Of a stretch of 64,000 bases of DNA, positions 49,501 through 62,116 are shown one piece after another (positions within the stretch are counted from its first letter, which is position 1; every line of letters starts with the position of its first letter). This DNA is from Antedon mediterranea (taxonomy: Eukaryota; Animalia; Echinodermata). A program made the translations under genes and the position numbers. The notes beneath the pieces are model-generated. The model was not told the DNA's origin. It searched no databases and was given only the letters and a program-made list of their open reading frames with translations. The DNA is taken from positions 21,903,365-21,967,364 of the forward strand of contig NC_092678.1 of the NCBI RefSeq assembly GCF_964355755.1. The letters run 5' to 3'.

Positions 49501-52500
49501 ACAGTAATGATGAAAATACTATACCTCAGGCATTGAAGACAAAAATGGTTTGAGCATAATGTCTGTACCGTGTACTTTCAAATTGTGATCTCCCAGCCCA
49601 CGGGAAACACCAATGGTGGCCAGCACTCGTGCTTTCTTCCCGTCTCCATATACCAATGGAAATTTTAAATCTTCTTCATCAATGGTTTTATAAGCCCTAA
49701 AAAAAATTATGAAAAAAATAAAATTTATGATAAATTTATTATTTTAAAATAAAATTTAATGAAATAAAAAAGTGATGCAAAACCATCATGAAACCATTCA
49801 ATACAAAATCAAAAGCACCAAAGAGTGACAGGAAATACTTAGTACTTTATAATTAGTTACAAAGAATGTTAAGCCTAAAGAGATAGATTGATTGAGTCAT
49901 TTTGTTTGTTAAAAGATAGTTTCAGCTCTTTGATCCAAAGCATTTCCTTAATTAAACAATCAAATTATAATTGTAATTAATATCAAGGTGTTTTATTTCA
50001 AGTACCATTTCGAGGAAATTTTTAACAGTACTGACAAAAGGGTCCGTAACAGAATAGACAGTTACTGTACAATAAACAGATAACCTATACAATACTCTCA
50101 CACATCATTATTATAGTATCTAGTGCTTTAAATGACGCAAGTTATACCTCATGGATACGATGATGAAAAGCATGACAATATGGATTATATCTATGCATTC
50201 AAATATTGAAAGTTGAAAAAAAAAAGCGATAGAAAAAACAATTTTTATCAGAGTATTGGGAACAAAGATGAAAGTTCAATCGAGATTAATTTTTAAAAGT
50301 CAGACACTTTTGACAGTCTTCCGAAACCGAGAGAATAGAGACATACTCCACATGTTCAAAATGTTCGAATTTCTATCAAATTCACAAACAAAAGTTACCG
50401 TGTTTACATTTCATCTACAAGTTGTGAGTTCTTTTCCTTTAAGCTCTATGCTCTACACTCTAAACAAAAGTGTGATAGGCCCAAATATGGTAGTGATTTG
50501 CCCAAATATGTTATTTATACGACATCATCATGTCTATATATGGGCACATCGCATTTTTTTGTCACATAAAGTTTGATTGTATAGACAGAGCTTAAGAGCC
50601 AGAAATGTAGCATTAATCTGAAGGAAGAGTCCATGGTTCTCTTTCCATTTGGGGAAGAATGCTGACTATGGGCTTGTAACTCTTGAATGCTAAACGCTGG
50701 TATTTACTGTATGACTCTAAACCACCCTCTCAGAGAGGTCGAAAATATCTGCGATTGTCGTATCAGGGAAGAGTAAAATTCTCCCTGGTCTTAGTAATAA
50801 AGTATTATCATTTTCTATTTTATGTATAAACAACATCCTAAAATATTAAGAAACATTTTTATCATTTTATGAAAAAAAATTGTTAATTCCGGACACCTTT
50901 GGGTTGGCCATTATATGTTCTTTCAGAAAGTATGGTATTCAGAATGATTTTTAATGGTAAAAATGAATTTGGGGATGTTTGGACTTCAAGAAAAGTCTGG
51001 TATTTGGAGAGCTGAGTGTATGATCATGGAATTGGGTTACTTTTGGGAGATGGAGAGTTTATCTCAAGGTACCGTTGTACTTTAGGTTTGTTTTCACATT
51101 TTGTAATTGAAATGAGCTTACATTCACATCAAGACCGAACGAGTCAAACTCAACTTTTTAAAAATCAATGACGATGCAACTAATATAAACATTTTGCACA
51201 AAACTACGCAATTAACAAACACAGCTTTACAGATGTACTGAAACCCCCAAAACGCTAAATCTCAAAGGTGGATGCTAGCTAATTCTACAAAGATTTTTAA
51301 TTACGTAACCTCAAAAACAGATGTCATTTGCTGGCAATAGGCCAGTGTATTCACCTTAGCTTAACATATTGACACAAAATCATTCAACTTTCGCTATGAC
51401 ATTTTTAATTAACTTTATGTAAAATTTGCAAAATGAATATATGAATTTTCATCTTTTCTAATATTTTTTTTCATTTTTTGTAACTAAATAAATTATAATT
51501 AAAAATTAATTTTGTTCTGAAGATTTTGAATAAAATATAAATAAATAATATTTTTAAAGAAACTAGTCAAGTTCTATAACAATTGTAATTATACAGAATA
51601 GTTATGTTTAAACCATGTTTTTTTAAAGAATGAAGAATCGTATGCCATCCAAGCCTCTTGCTCAAATTATTGCGCAAACCAAAAACTTAACTCTACACAA
51701 CCTGTATTAATTATGAGACCTACCGTAAAGTGTTATATCAACTAATTATTACTATTCTTCAAACAGTAGTAATTAACTGTATCATTAAAACAGTTAAATG
51801 GCAATTTATATTGAGAGTACAGCAGTCTTTCAAGTTACAGTAGGAGACGATGTGTGTTCAATATATGGTTTTATGTTAATTTAATTTATTTCCAAGTGTT
51901 CTATTCTATAAAATATAAAATATCTGCAGTAATTGAATTCATAATAACATTCATTAATAAACAACATCAGTTTATGATGAGAGCAAAAGAAAGAAGTTGC
52001 TTTTCACTGAGGAAGACTTTCAATTCCTGTATAACGTTCTCTGCCTATCAATTTAGACTCATTTCTTGCCCTCACTTTTTCTTTACTGAACCCAAGGGAC
52101 GATACTTAATGAAATTATATAACAGATTGCTTTGCGTCTATAATTATCTTTACATGTTTGCTCAATAAACACTTCCATCTTTTGAGTTTGGATTTCATTT
52201 TGCTGGGATGTGTGTAGATTTTCACGTACTTTTAGTTCAATTCATAATTATAAAACAAAAAACAAATCAGATTATTAATATTTATACGATTAAACTTAAC
52301 ACATATAACAGGGTATATTTGATTTGATATCATGTATAAAGCTCTGTCTATACTATCAAATTTTATGTGACAAAAACATGTGATGTGCCCATATATGGTA
52401 GTGATATGGCCAAATATGGTAGTGATATGGCCAAATATGGTAGTGATATGGCCAAATATGTATATAATGTTGTCATTTTGCTGGGATGTGAGTAGATATT

Positions 52501-55500
52501 CACATACTTTTAGTTCAAATCATAATTATAAAACGAAAAACAAATCTGATTATTTATACGATTAAACTTAACACTTAGCAGGGTATCTTTGATTTGATAT
52601 ACTGATATACTTTATAAAGCTCTGTCTATACTATCAAATTTTATGTGACAAAAACATGTGATGTGCCCATATATGTATATAATGTTGTCATTTTGCTGGG
52701 ATGTAAGTAGATACTCACATACTTTTAGTTCAATTCATAATTATAAAACAAAAAACAAATCTGATTATTTATACGATTAAATTTAACACTTAGCAGTAAG
52801 ATTTTGATTTGATGTACCGATGTGCGGTGTAAAGCTCTGTCTACACTATCAAACTTTATGTGACAAAAACATGTGATGTGCCCAAATATGGTAGTGATGC
52901 CCAAATATGTGATGTGCCCATACTGTATATGTACATTTATCGTTGTTCTTATTTATTCTATCAAACAATTAATCAATACAAAAGGTAGCCAAGATATAGC
53001 CGGAGCTAATCAAGCTTGGTGTGAAACAATAAACTTTAAAACATAATAATGTCATATCACTACCATATTTGGCCATATCACTACCATATTTGGCCATATC
53101 ACTACCATATTTGGCCATATCACTACCATATTTGGCCATATCACTACCATATTTGGCCATATCACTACCATATTTGGCCATATCACTACCATATTTGGCC
53201 ATATCACTACCATATTTGGGCACATCACATGTTTTTGTCACATAAAATTTGATAGTATAGACAGAGCTTTATACATGATATCAAATCAAATATACCCTGC
53301 TATATGTGTTAAGTTTAATCGTATAAATATTAATAATCAGATTTGTTTTTTGTTTTATAATTATGAATTGAACTAAAAGTACGTGAAAATCTACACACAT
53401 CCCAGCAAAATGAAATCCACTCAAAAACTAGTTTGATAGTGTAACCAGAATTTCACATAATAGAACCAACAATTAGTATCCCCTTAATAGGGGAGTCCCT
53501 GAATATTTCCCCTTGTTTGTTCCACAAGGAAGTGTAATACTGTATTATGTTTTTCGAACATTGTATTCTTATTATTATTGTTTGTTTTGTAAGTAAATAT
53601 ATGATATTGAAATTAAACTAGCCTTACATGTATTTTTTTCTTGGCGTGTAGATCTTACTTAATGAGAAAATATCTTCATCTGTTTTATAAGTGTTAAATT
53701 CCTTGCTTTGATTTTATTCAAAGTCAGTGACCTTTTTTCATTGAGGTCAAGTATATTGATCTGCTCATTGATATTCATACTTGGTATAGAGCATCAATAT
53801 TTGTCTGTCAGTGTAATTTAACATTGCGTGATTGAATTTGTCTGCGTATAGTATGGCGGCAAAATCATTACTAATTAATAGTCGCAGTTTGTGTATATAG
53901 GCCACTATGTGAAAGATGCAAAGTGTCTTTGTTTAAAAGCAATATTCATATTTGGTATTGATTAATGGGTAATAATAATAATAATAATATGCTTTATTTA
54001 AACATGAAAACTTAGCTCAACTAGAAGTTGTTTTTCTGCAAGCCCGTGTAATACATAGTCTCAGGTTTAAAAATTCTATCACTTATTATAAAATATGAAC
54101 TTTCACAACAATGATGATAGCCCAACGCAAGATTCTTTGTTTGCTCGTAAGTAAAGCAATATTTTTGATTGCACAAACTATATAATTTTCATATTTGGAA
54201 TTGATTATTGGGTACAGTAAGTCTCAGGTTTAACATTTCTATCGCTTATATTATAAAATATGAACTTTCACCACAATGATGATAACCCACCCCAAGATCC
54301 AGCGTTTGATCGTAAAGCAATATTGTTGGTCGCATCAAAATACATAATCTTCATATTCAGAATGAGTACAGTAGTTTTAGGTTTTAAAATGCTATTATTA
54401 TATAATATAAACCTCCGCAACAACAGGATTATAATAACCCCAGTACAGCAAATAAGTGGGGTTATAATCTAAGCTTGTGAAAGGTATTATCATTTTGAAC
54501 AATAGACATTGAAACCTCGACCTCTACCCTTTTAAGCTCTGTCTACACTATCAAACTAGTTTGACAACAATTGTCTGATGGTAGTGATGTGCCCAAATAT
54601 GGCAGTGATATAATGTCATCATGTCCATGGGTATACAGTACAATCACATTTTTTTATCCCATAAAGTTTGACAGAGTTTGACAGTGTAGAGAGAGCTTAA
54701 TAAAATTGAATTGAAGGGAAAACCAGGGAAGAGTGAAATTTTTAACAAACATTAAAAATACAATAAGGACATTTTGCTAAAAGACCCAACACAACATTTT
54801 TATCATATATTTATTTTTATTATTTTAGCTTCGTAAACCTCACCTGTAATTGAAAAAAAAATGTATTAAATTCTATTTTTTAAAGTTTAAAGGTCAAGGC
54901 GTACAACAACAGGAATATGTTGAAAATATTTGCTAACCAATGGTGTTATTAATTGAGGATAGTGTTATTAATTGAGGATAGTAGTATCATTAAATACAAT
55001 ATACAGCTGCCACAATAGTGACAATTCTTGGAATAGCTAAATATAGATACACTCAGTGCCTCAACAATCTCATAACGGTAACACATCGCTCTAGGAAAGA
55101 AAATATAGGACGAGAAAGCATTCAAACGCATTAGGAGAAGTCAAGAGCCTTTTATGTTAATTAAACATTAACGAAGAAAGCTTAATTAACTGAAAAGTAC
55201 ACAAGCATTGCACTTGGTATTGGGGTTACTTATGTTGGAAAATGATAAACAAAACGTCAGGTTTAGAAGTAATTGTCCACAATAATGGATAGTTGTTTAT
55301 TCAATGGAGATAAACATGATCTTGTTACTGTTAGGTCATAATTCTAATAATTTCTGAGTTTTCATTTTTCCTTCATTTTTATTGTTCCACATAAAATATA
55401 GACAAGATAAGACAAGACAAAGAAAAAACAATTTAAAAAAACTGGTTAATTATTTGTTTATGTGTGGAAACTCAAATAAGCCAAAAAAAGCTTTAAGGCT

Positions 55501-58500
55501 GAGTTCTGTTCTATCAAACTTTATGTGACAAAAAAGTGTGATGTACCCAAATATGGTGGTGATATGCTTAAATATGGTATTGATATGACAGCATCATGTC
55601 CGTATATGGGCACATCACATTTTTTGTCACATAAAGTTTGATAATGTTACGTCTAGACAGAGCTTAATACAATCGATTCAACAATTCTTATTATAATTTT
55701 AAAATGCAAACAAATTGAAAATGGTACAGTAGAAGGTAATTTTTTAAAAATAAAAAATAAAAACATTTTCATTATGGATATGGAGGAAAAGAGTGAAGAG
55801 TGATTATTAAGATATAGCATTACTATTACTATACTAGCATATTTATACTAAATTTTACTGAAATAAACGCCACTATATCTCTGGGCTATGTAACACTGTA
55901 TGGTAACAAAATGGCGCCCATGCTTTGTAACAAGATGGCGCCTGAAAGTCAATTGTCCAAACTCTTTATGGATCTGAATATGTTTAAATAACATAAAAAA
56001 TAATATAATGTAAGATTCAAACAATCATCAATCAACAGTTTAAAATGAAAAGAAACAATAGTAAGATTTTCAGAATTCTTTGATCTTTTTTGAATGACAT
56101 AAGAAAACGATTAAATTAGTTTATCAGATTGTAAAATGGAACCCACAAAGATTTAGATGGTAAAAGTTAGTATAAAAGTAATTAGGTTACGTAAGAACTA
56201 CATCCTGATATTAATTGTTTGTTTGTTTGAAGCAGTAAAAAAAAATAGTGGTCAGGTAGGTTTTATACTCAATGCACACAAAGAATTTAGTTTAAAGAAA
56301 TCACTGTTAAAATTGTTTGTAACCATTGAATCATAGTATGCCAGCTTGGTTCAACAATGGTCATATTCACCAATTGCACACTTACATATTACTAAAGTAT
56401 TTGACTTCAGTTATTTAAGAATTTTGTTATTCACTTTTATTATACAGGCATAAAGGCATGGAATAAACTACCTCATTCCATTCAACAAATAGAAAACAAA
56501 TTTAATTTTAAGAAAAATGTTAAATCACATTTCTGTTCTACCAAATAATTTTATAAGTCAATCATAATCTTTAATTTAACTTGTTTTTTATATTATTGTT
56601 TTTGTAATATTTACGTGTTTAATGCAATACTTTGTAATGTTTATATTTTTTATTTTAGATTGTAAAAGGATCCAATGGAAATAAGCTGATAAGCTTTTTG
56701 GGCTATCCTGGAAAGTCTTTTATAAATGTATTATTTGTAATGTCCGTAATTTATGTTATCACTTTGTATGTATTTTTTATGATGATTTTCCAAATAAATT
56801 CAAATCAAATCAAATCAAATCTTAATGAAAATGGGGTTTTCTTTATCTAACTAGACCAATCACACTTAAGTGAGATATTTCCCTTAAATATAAGTATTCA
56901 CCACGTACAGCTATTAGTTCTGAAAAGAGCTGTTGAGTGAGGACGATCAAAGCATATTGATTAAAACGTCAAGAAACTCAACAGTTCTTTTCAGAACTAA
57001 TATACGTGGTGTACCATAAACTTTATACAGTACATTTGATTTCGCCATGCAAACAATAATTTAAGTATTTCACTTAAATCAATAAATATTTAAATATTCT
57101 TGATATTGATGTTGATAGCTTTAGGATGGAATTGTTTTGTTTTTGTTTTTCCATTAATGTTTTAACTTCATATGAGACAAGTTTCACTATTATTTCCACT
57201 TGTTTTGTGAATGAAGTTTTCTTATTTTATCTTATTTCCTAGATAGGAGATTTTTCTTAATTTTAAGGTTAAATGTTTCCCTTAGCCTTAGTGTGAATGG
57301 TCCTGTACAGTATAAACATCGCTTAGTTTAGATGTAATGGGTAAGTTTTGGTGTGTGCCTTTTTGACCCCATGGCAAGTCCAAACCCACATGTATGTGAC
57401 AGGTTGTTAGTCATCAAAACCAACATAGTTTAGTCATAATAACAAAAATAAAGACGCACTGAAGCCAATGAAATGAGCAAACCTACTTCCTCAAACATTT
57501 AATGAGCGAAAAAAAAAAATCGATCGATTTGTCACATTTGAAGCAGAACAAATCCATGCTATCGGTTTCCTTCAAGAAAAGGCGATAAATTTCTCTGAAA
57601 CATTAGGCATGGTTACCTGAGCAAAGGGCAAAAGCAATTGGTTTTGTCGATTCTTCCCGAAAAAAGAAAGAAATTTTGCCACCATTCATAATTGTAAATT
57701 TGAATCAGTTTGGGAAACATTAGGCTGGTAACAGATTTTGGATGCAGTTTGTGGATTTAACTAGCAATTAAATGTGATGAGAAACAGAGTTATTAAAAAC
57801 ATTTTTTACAAACAAAATTCTAGTTGATAGTTACTTTGATAAAATGTGTTACAACTACAAGTATCAAAGGGAACGTAAAAGAGGCAGAATTTATGGAATG
57901 AGGCAATCCTCATTATTTATAGTGTGTACCAAAATATGGTAGTGATATGCCCAAATATGGTAGTGATATGACATTATCATGTCCATATATGGGCACATCT
58001 CTGTAGACAGAGTTTTACACCTATAGGAATTGACAACCTCGGTATAATTACCAACAACCGCAACAAAAACTTATCTTTCCACTTATTTTATAAAAATGAT
58101 ATACTGATAGTAAACAACAAAACACTAAAAGGGAAAGTACCTAGTTTGAAACCCTCTAGATTGTTTCAGAACAGGTGCAAGTAAATTCCAAACAATTAAA
58201 TTAAGATACACAGAAAAGATTGTCTCAAATCCTTGGGTAAATCTTATAATGTGTATTCAAATAATTGCAGGTGAATAATTCAACTCCATGTGGTATTAAG
58301 TCAGTAATTGTTCTGTTCTACAAATGACACATTTAGGTCAAAAAAACATTTCCAAATGGATTCATTTTTGCGATTTCAAAATATCATGGAAAACGTTCAC
58401 TGAAAAATTCTGTTTACTTTCAAATACAATAGAATTCTTATTGAACACCATTGTTACTCAACAAAGTGTCCCCTTAAAAGAAGTTTCCTTGAATAGGGGT

Positions 58501-61500
58501 TGGCCGTAGACTTGTTAAAACATATATTGCCCTTTGTTCAATTCACAGGAAAGTTTACCCTTAAAAAAAGTTTCCTTGAATAGTAGGGGTTGGCCGTAGA
58601 CTTGTTAAAACATATATTGCCCTTTGTTCAATTCACAGGAAAGTGTCCCCTTAGTACCATAAAATTAGTAAAACCCCTCCTTCTGTACACTTAGTATACA
58701 GAACACTCATAGGAGGAGATGTGTTGTGTTGAAGTCAACTACCTATTCAGGACCCTCTATTACAATAACTGAAGCAGGAAAGTAGATTAGTTTGATGAAC
58801 ATTTTGCTAGCTCAATTCCAAGGCTTTTGTGGGTCTAAATCCTGTTGAACACCAGGATATCAGGATTACATACTCCCACAGAATTTATACAGAAGAAGGC
58901 CATCTTGTAAAATATATTCATTCCGTGAATCAAACACCAGTTTGCTATTTATACTTGGTAATTTGCCAAATATCAAAACAAAAAAATTAGCCATCTTTAA
59001 TTAGAGAGTAACTTGCTATTGGATGTGTATGAAATGAAAAAAAAAAGACTTGAGCCAAACGTGACCTATCTATGCGTCTACTTGACCTATCAGAATGTGT
59101 GTTTTATCAACTCCATCACCTAAGGAGCACGGGCTATATTGACAAAATACAGGTTTCATTTCTTTATTTGAAATGTGCCAGAGAAATTGACGAAGTTTGG
59201 AGCAAGACATTTTGGGAAGTTAATGATTTTTTTTAAGATAATAATAATAATAATAATAAATGGGTCTTTATACAGACAGCTCTTATGCAAAACCTGAATA
59301 CGCTTAATAAAAGAAATAAAAAGTGGAAAACTAAAGAGAAAAAAGATTCATATGGTGATACTCTGTCTACACTATCAAACTTTATGTGACAAAAAATGTG
59401 ATGTGCCCATATATGGACATGATGATGTCATATCACTACCAGTACTATTGGTAACCCCACAAATTTTGTTGTCACATAAAGTCTGTAGACAGAGCTTAAG
59501 AGACTGTAAATAACACAACACACGTCACGACACTGAATTACAACACATAAGTGACCAACACCAAAGGATGACACCAGGAGAGGTCACTCTACTTACCATC
59601 CAGTCATGTGGGCATCCCGATATAACCTTTTCCTTCCTATATCTTTTCTTCCGATTCTCTTTTGGTATTCTAACCGTGAGAACTCATCTCCCAGAAGACT
59701 TGGATGAAGCTTGGCAATAGTTTGGAGACGCCGTCGCTCTGATAAAGGCGTGTGATCCGAAGACATTGGTATAACCTCTTTGTTTCTACATATAACTGCT
59801 CTGAAATTTGAACAAAATCATACAAAATAGATTATTTACACAATTTTACAATGATTTCTATAGCTTCCTCTTAACATAATAAATAAGTTGGTATTTATTT
59901 TGTATGGCGTATAGTCGTCTATTGATCTAAATATAAGCTTAACTGGAAAAACAAAAATGATTCCTAAGAAATTATTAAACTGATTTGCAAAGTTTTCTTA
60001 TTGTGAAAACGGTGCTATAGTTGGCTATTGATATAAAGGTAAATGTATTTATACTGGTCCTTAACTGGAAACTGAGGAAAGAAAAGGAAAAATAGGATTT
60101 ATAAATTCTAAAAAATGTAAAGTTCCCTTTTATGAATATGATTCTAACGTTTATTGGTGGATAGAGTTAGATTGTTGTAAATTATAAGACGAAAACTTGT
60201 TATAAAATAATAAGCATCTGTAACAGCCAAAATGAGAAACAAACTTTTGAGTTTTGAGCTACAATAAAAGTGTCATCCTCTGCTATTCTATCTGCAACTT
60301 TATTTTTCTTTTATATGTTTGATTTCATGTTTCATGTATGGATAACAATTGAAAGTTTAAAAGGCCATGTTTGAAAAATTAAGTCCGAATACTCGGTCAA
60401 TTAATGACAAATGTATGTCTGGGAATATTGGTATATTTAGCACAAGAAATTATTAGCATTGAGATCATAACAGGAAGGGTATGGTACAATTTATCTATTC
60501 AATCAATCACAAACAAACTATTAATAGGATAGCTTGAAATGTATTTATTATAGTTGAGGAAGAGATGCTTTCACTTCTTTTCTGTTATTTTAATGCTATT
60601 TCAATTGTTTTTATTTATTTATTAAACAATTTTATTCTAGAATAATACTGTAAGAACAAACTTCCAAGTCAAATTAAAATATAAAGCTCTGTCTACACTA
60701 TCCAACATTATGTGACAAAAAATGTAATGTGCCCATATATGAAGTCATATAACTACCATATTTGGTGATGTGATGTGCCCATAATGAAGTCATATAACTA
60801 CCATATTTGGGAATATCACTACCATATTTGGGCACATCACACGTTTTTGTCAAATTAGTTTGATAGTGTAGACAGAGCTTAATAATAAACTTTCAAACCA
60901 AATAAAAATAAATTTCTTAAATAAGTAATACAATATCATATGAAATTTTATTTGATGAGGAGCTTTTAACTGTACTATTATTACTATTAAGTACTGTGAT
61001 GTAGAAACATAAGGATAATGCACTTGTCAATTGTATGACCCACTATACGACCCCCGGGAGAGGTGCGTCATGGGTGCGTCATTTACAAATAATTACTGAC
61101 GCAGGGTGCGTCAAAAAACCTAGATGGTACGTCCCATCAATGAACAAGGTGTGTCCGTCACTTTACCACCCACCATATCATAAACAACATGGTCACAGTG
61201 CGTCAAAATGGGTGCGTCATGGTCACCTAAAGGTAAGTCACCTTTTTGACGCACGGGTGCGTCATGGTATTCAAAAGTATGACGCACATCGGACAAATGA
61301 CGCACCTCTCCCGGGGGTCGTATAGTTGGTCATACAATTGACAAGTGCATAAGTAATACTATAATTGTCTAAAAGTTCAGCTATGTTTCATTTGTTTTTC
61401 TTATCATTTTCACAATTGTATGTAGTATATTTCAGTTTTATATCTGAAATATTTTACTAATTTTGTGTTTTTATTTATCTGTGACCCATACACATATTAG

Positions 61501-62116
61501 TATGATGATTTTAGCAAGAGTATGACATGTGAACTATAATATCTCTAAGAGTGGAGGGATGGGAACAATAAAATATATTGCATACATCAACAACTGGCAA
61601 TCATTAGCAGCTTGTCTAGACTTCCAACAAGCAAGCAAAATCAATGACAAATGCTGGTACAATAAACTGACCAATCAGAGGACAAGGAATACAGGTTAGT
61701 AGGTCAAGTTGAATGACAAGTGTATTGTGACATCTACTTGTCACCTAGGTGACATTTATTTGTCACTTAGGTGACTGAAATTTACAAATTGATAGGCTGG
61801 TTATTGCAAAAAGCAATTTTATGCTTTAAAGACAAATTTTAAAGGGGGAGGTGGGATGCAGAAAAATAAAAACAGTACTATTAATTGTCCAGGGGTTTCT
61901 TGTGTGTTGAAGGCCTTAAATTCTTGGTTGAAAAGTTTGGGTGTCCCCACTCTCCTATGCCCTCAATGATTGCAATTCTCATCTTTAAAGGCCCACAACT
62001 CACCTTGAGTCCCCTGCATTTGCTACATACAACTTTCCGAGAATGAATAGCGCCACCAACGCAGTACAGCCACCGGATATATGATATAAACGTTTCTCTG
62101 CTAAAATCTGCTCATC
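46572..62116 (-). CDS. PPM1H: PP2C-family phosphatase, PPM1H/PPM1J/PPM1M type (3' part; upstream exons lie beyond the window)
   Basis: Exons 62116-62004 (DEQI..SGGCTALVALFILGKLYVANAGDSR), 59800-59597 (..LYRDAHMTGW), 49696-49525 (AYKTIDEEDLKFPLVYGDGKKARVLATIGVSRGLGDH), 48854-48703 (ASDGLWDVL) and 46755-46572 (YTSAAQDLV..GWR..SGDDIT). Most of these exons are absent from the ORF track and were read by hand. Confidence 0.93.
49075..49412. mobile_element. Kolobok-like MITE (relatives at 62168-62517, ~8080-8325, ~4250-4450)
   Basis: TTAA TSD; TIRs agatgtattgt / acaatacatct starting with AG. Confidence 0.78.
52180..53426. repeat. Complex inverted and tandem duplication seeded on a family A MITE
   Basis: Three direct ~250-280-bp units (starting ~52190, 52474, 52688), an eight-copy 21-bp array, and an inverted copy of the first unit ending at 53426. 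Confidence 0.9.
54057..54420. repeat. Diverged tandem repeat, ~160-bp unit, 2 to 2.5 copies
   Basis: agtctcaggtttaa..ttctatc..ataaaatatgaactttcac..caatgatgata recurs at ~54058 and ~54220. Confidence 0.8.
56428..56820 (+). mobile_element. LINE (CR1/L2 group) 3' end
   Basis: Translates to FYYTGIKAWNKLPHSIQQIENKFNFKKNVKSHF, followed by an AT-rich 3' UTR, aataaa and a (caaat)n tail. Confidence 0.7.
60685..60879. mobile_element. PIF/Harbinger-like MITE, family A (representative of about 20 or more copies in the window)
   Basis: TIR consensus AGCTCTGTCTACACTATCAAACT, TAA TSD, internal ccatatttggg/catatcacta units. Other copies or fragments near 2374, 6820, 8508, 12363, 13806, 17712, 25439, 28289/29924, 31214, 36003, 40397, 43865, 48317, 50441, 52340, 52618, 52833, 53050, 54535, 55502, 57920, 59361, 63420. 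Confidence 0.9.
61019..61349. mobile_element. TWA-TSD MITE, family B (intact copy)
   Basis: ~55-bp near-perfect TIRs, TAA TSD, internal ggtgcgtca repeats. Confidence 0.92.

Noticed and set aside
52969-53252. (MAKYGSD)n and (WPYHYHI)n repeat proteins, also the short ORFs at 44066 and 52380
   Set aside because: Translations of MITE-internal tandem repeats.
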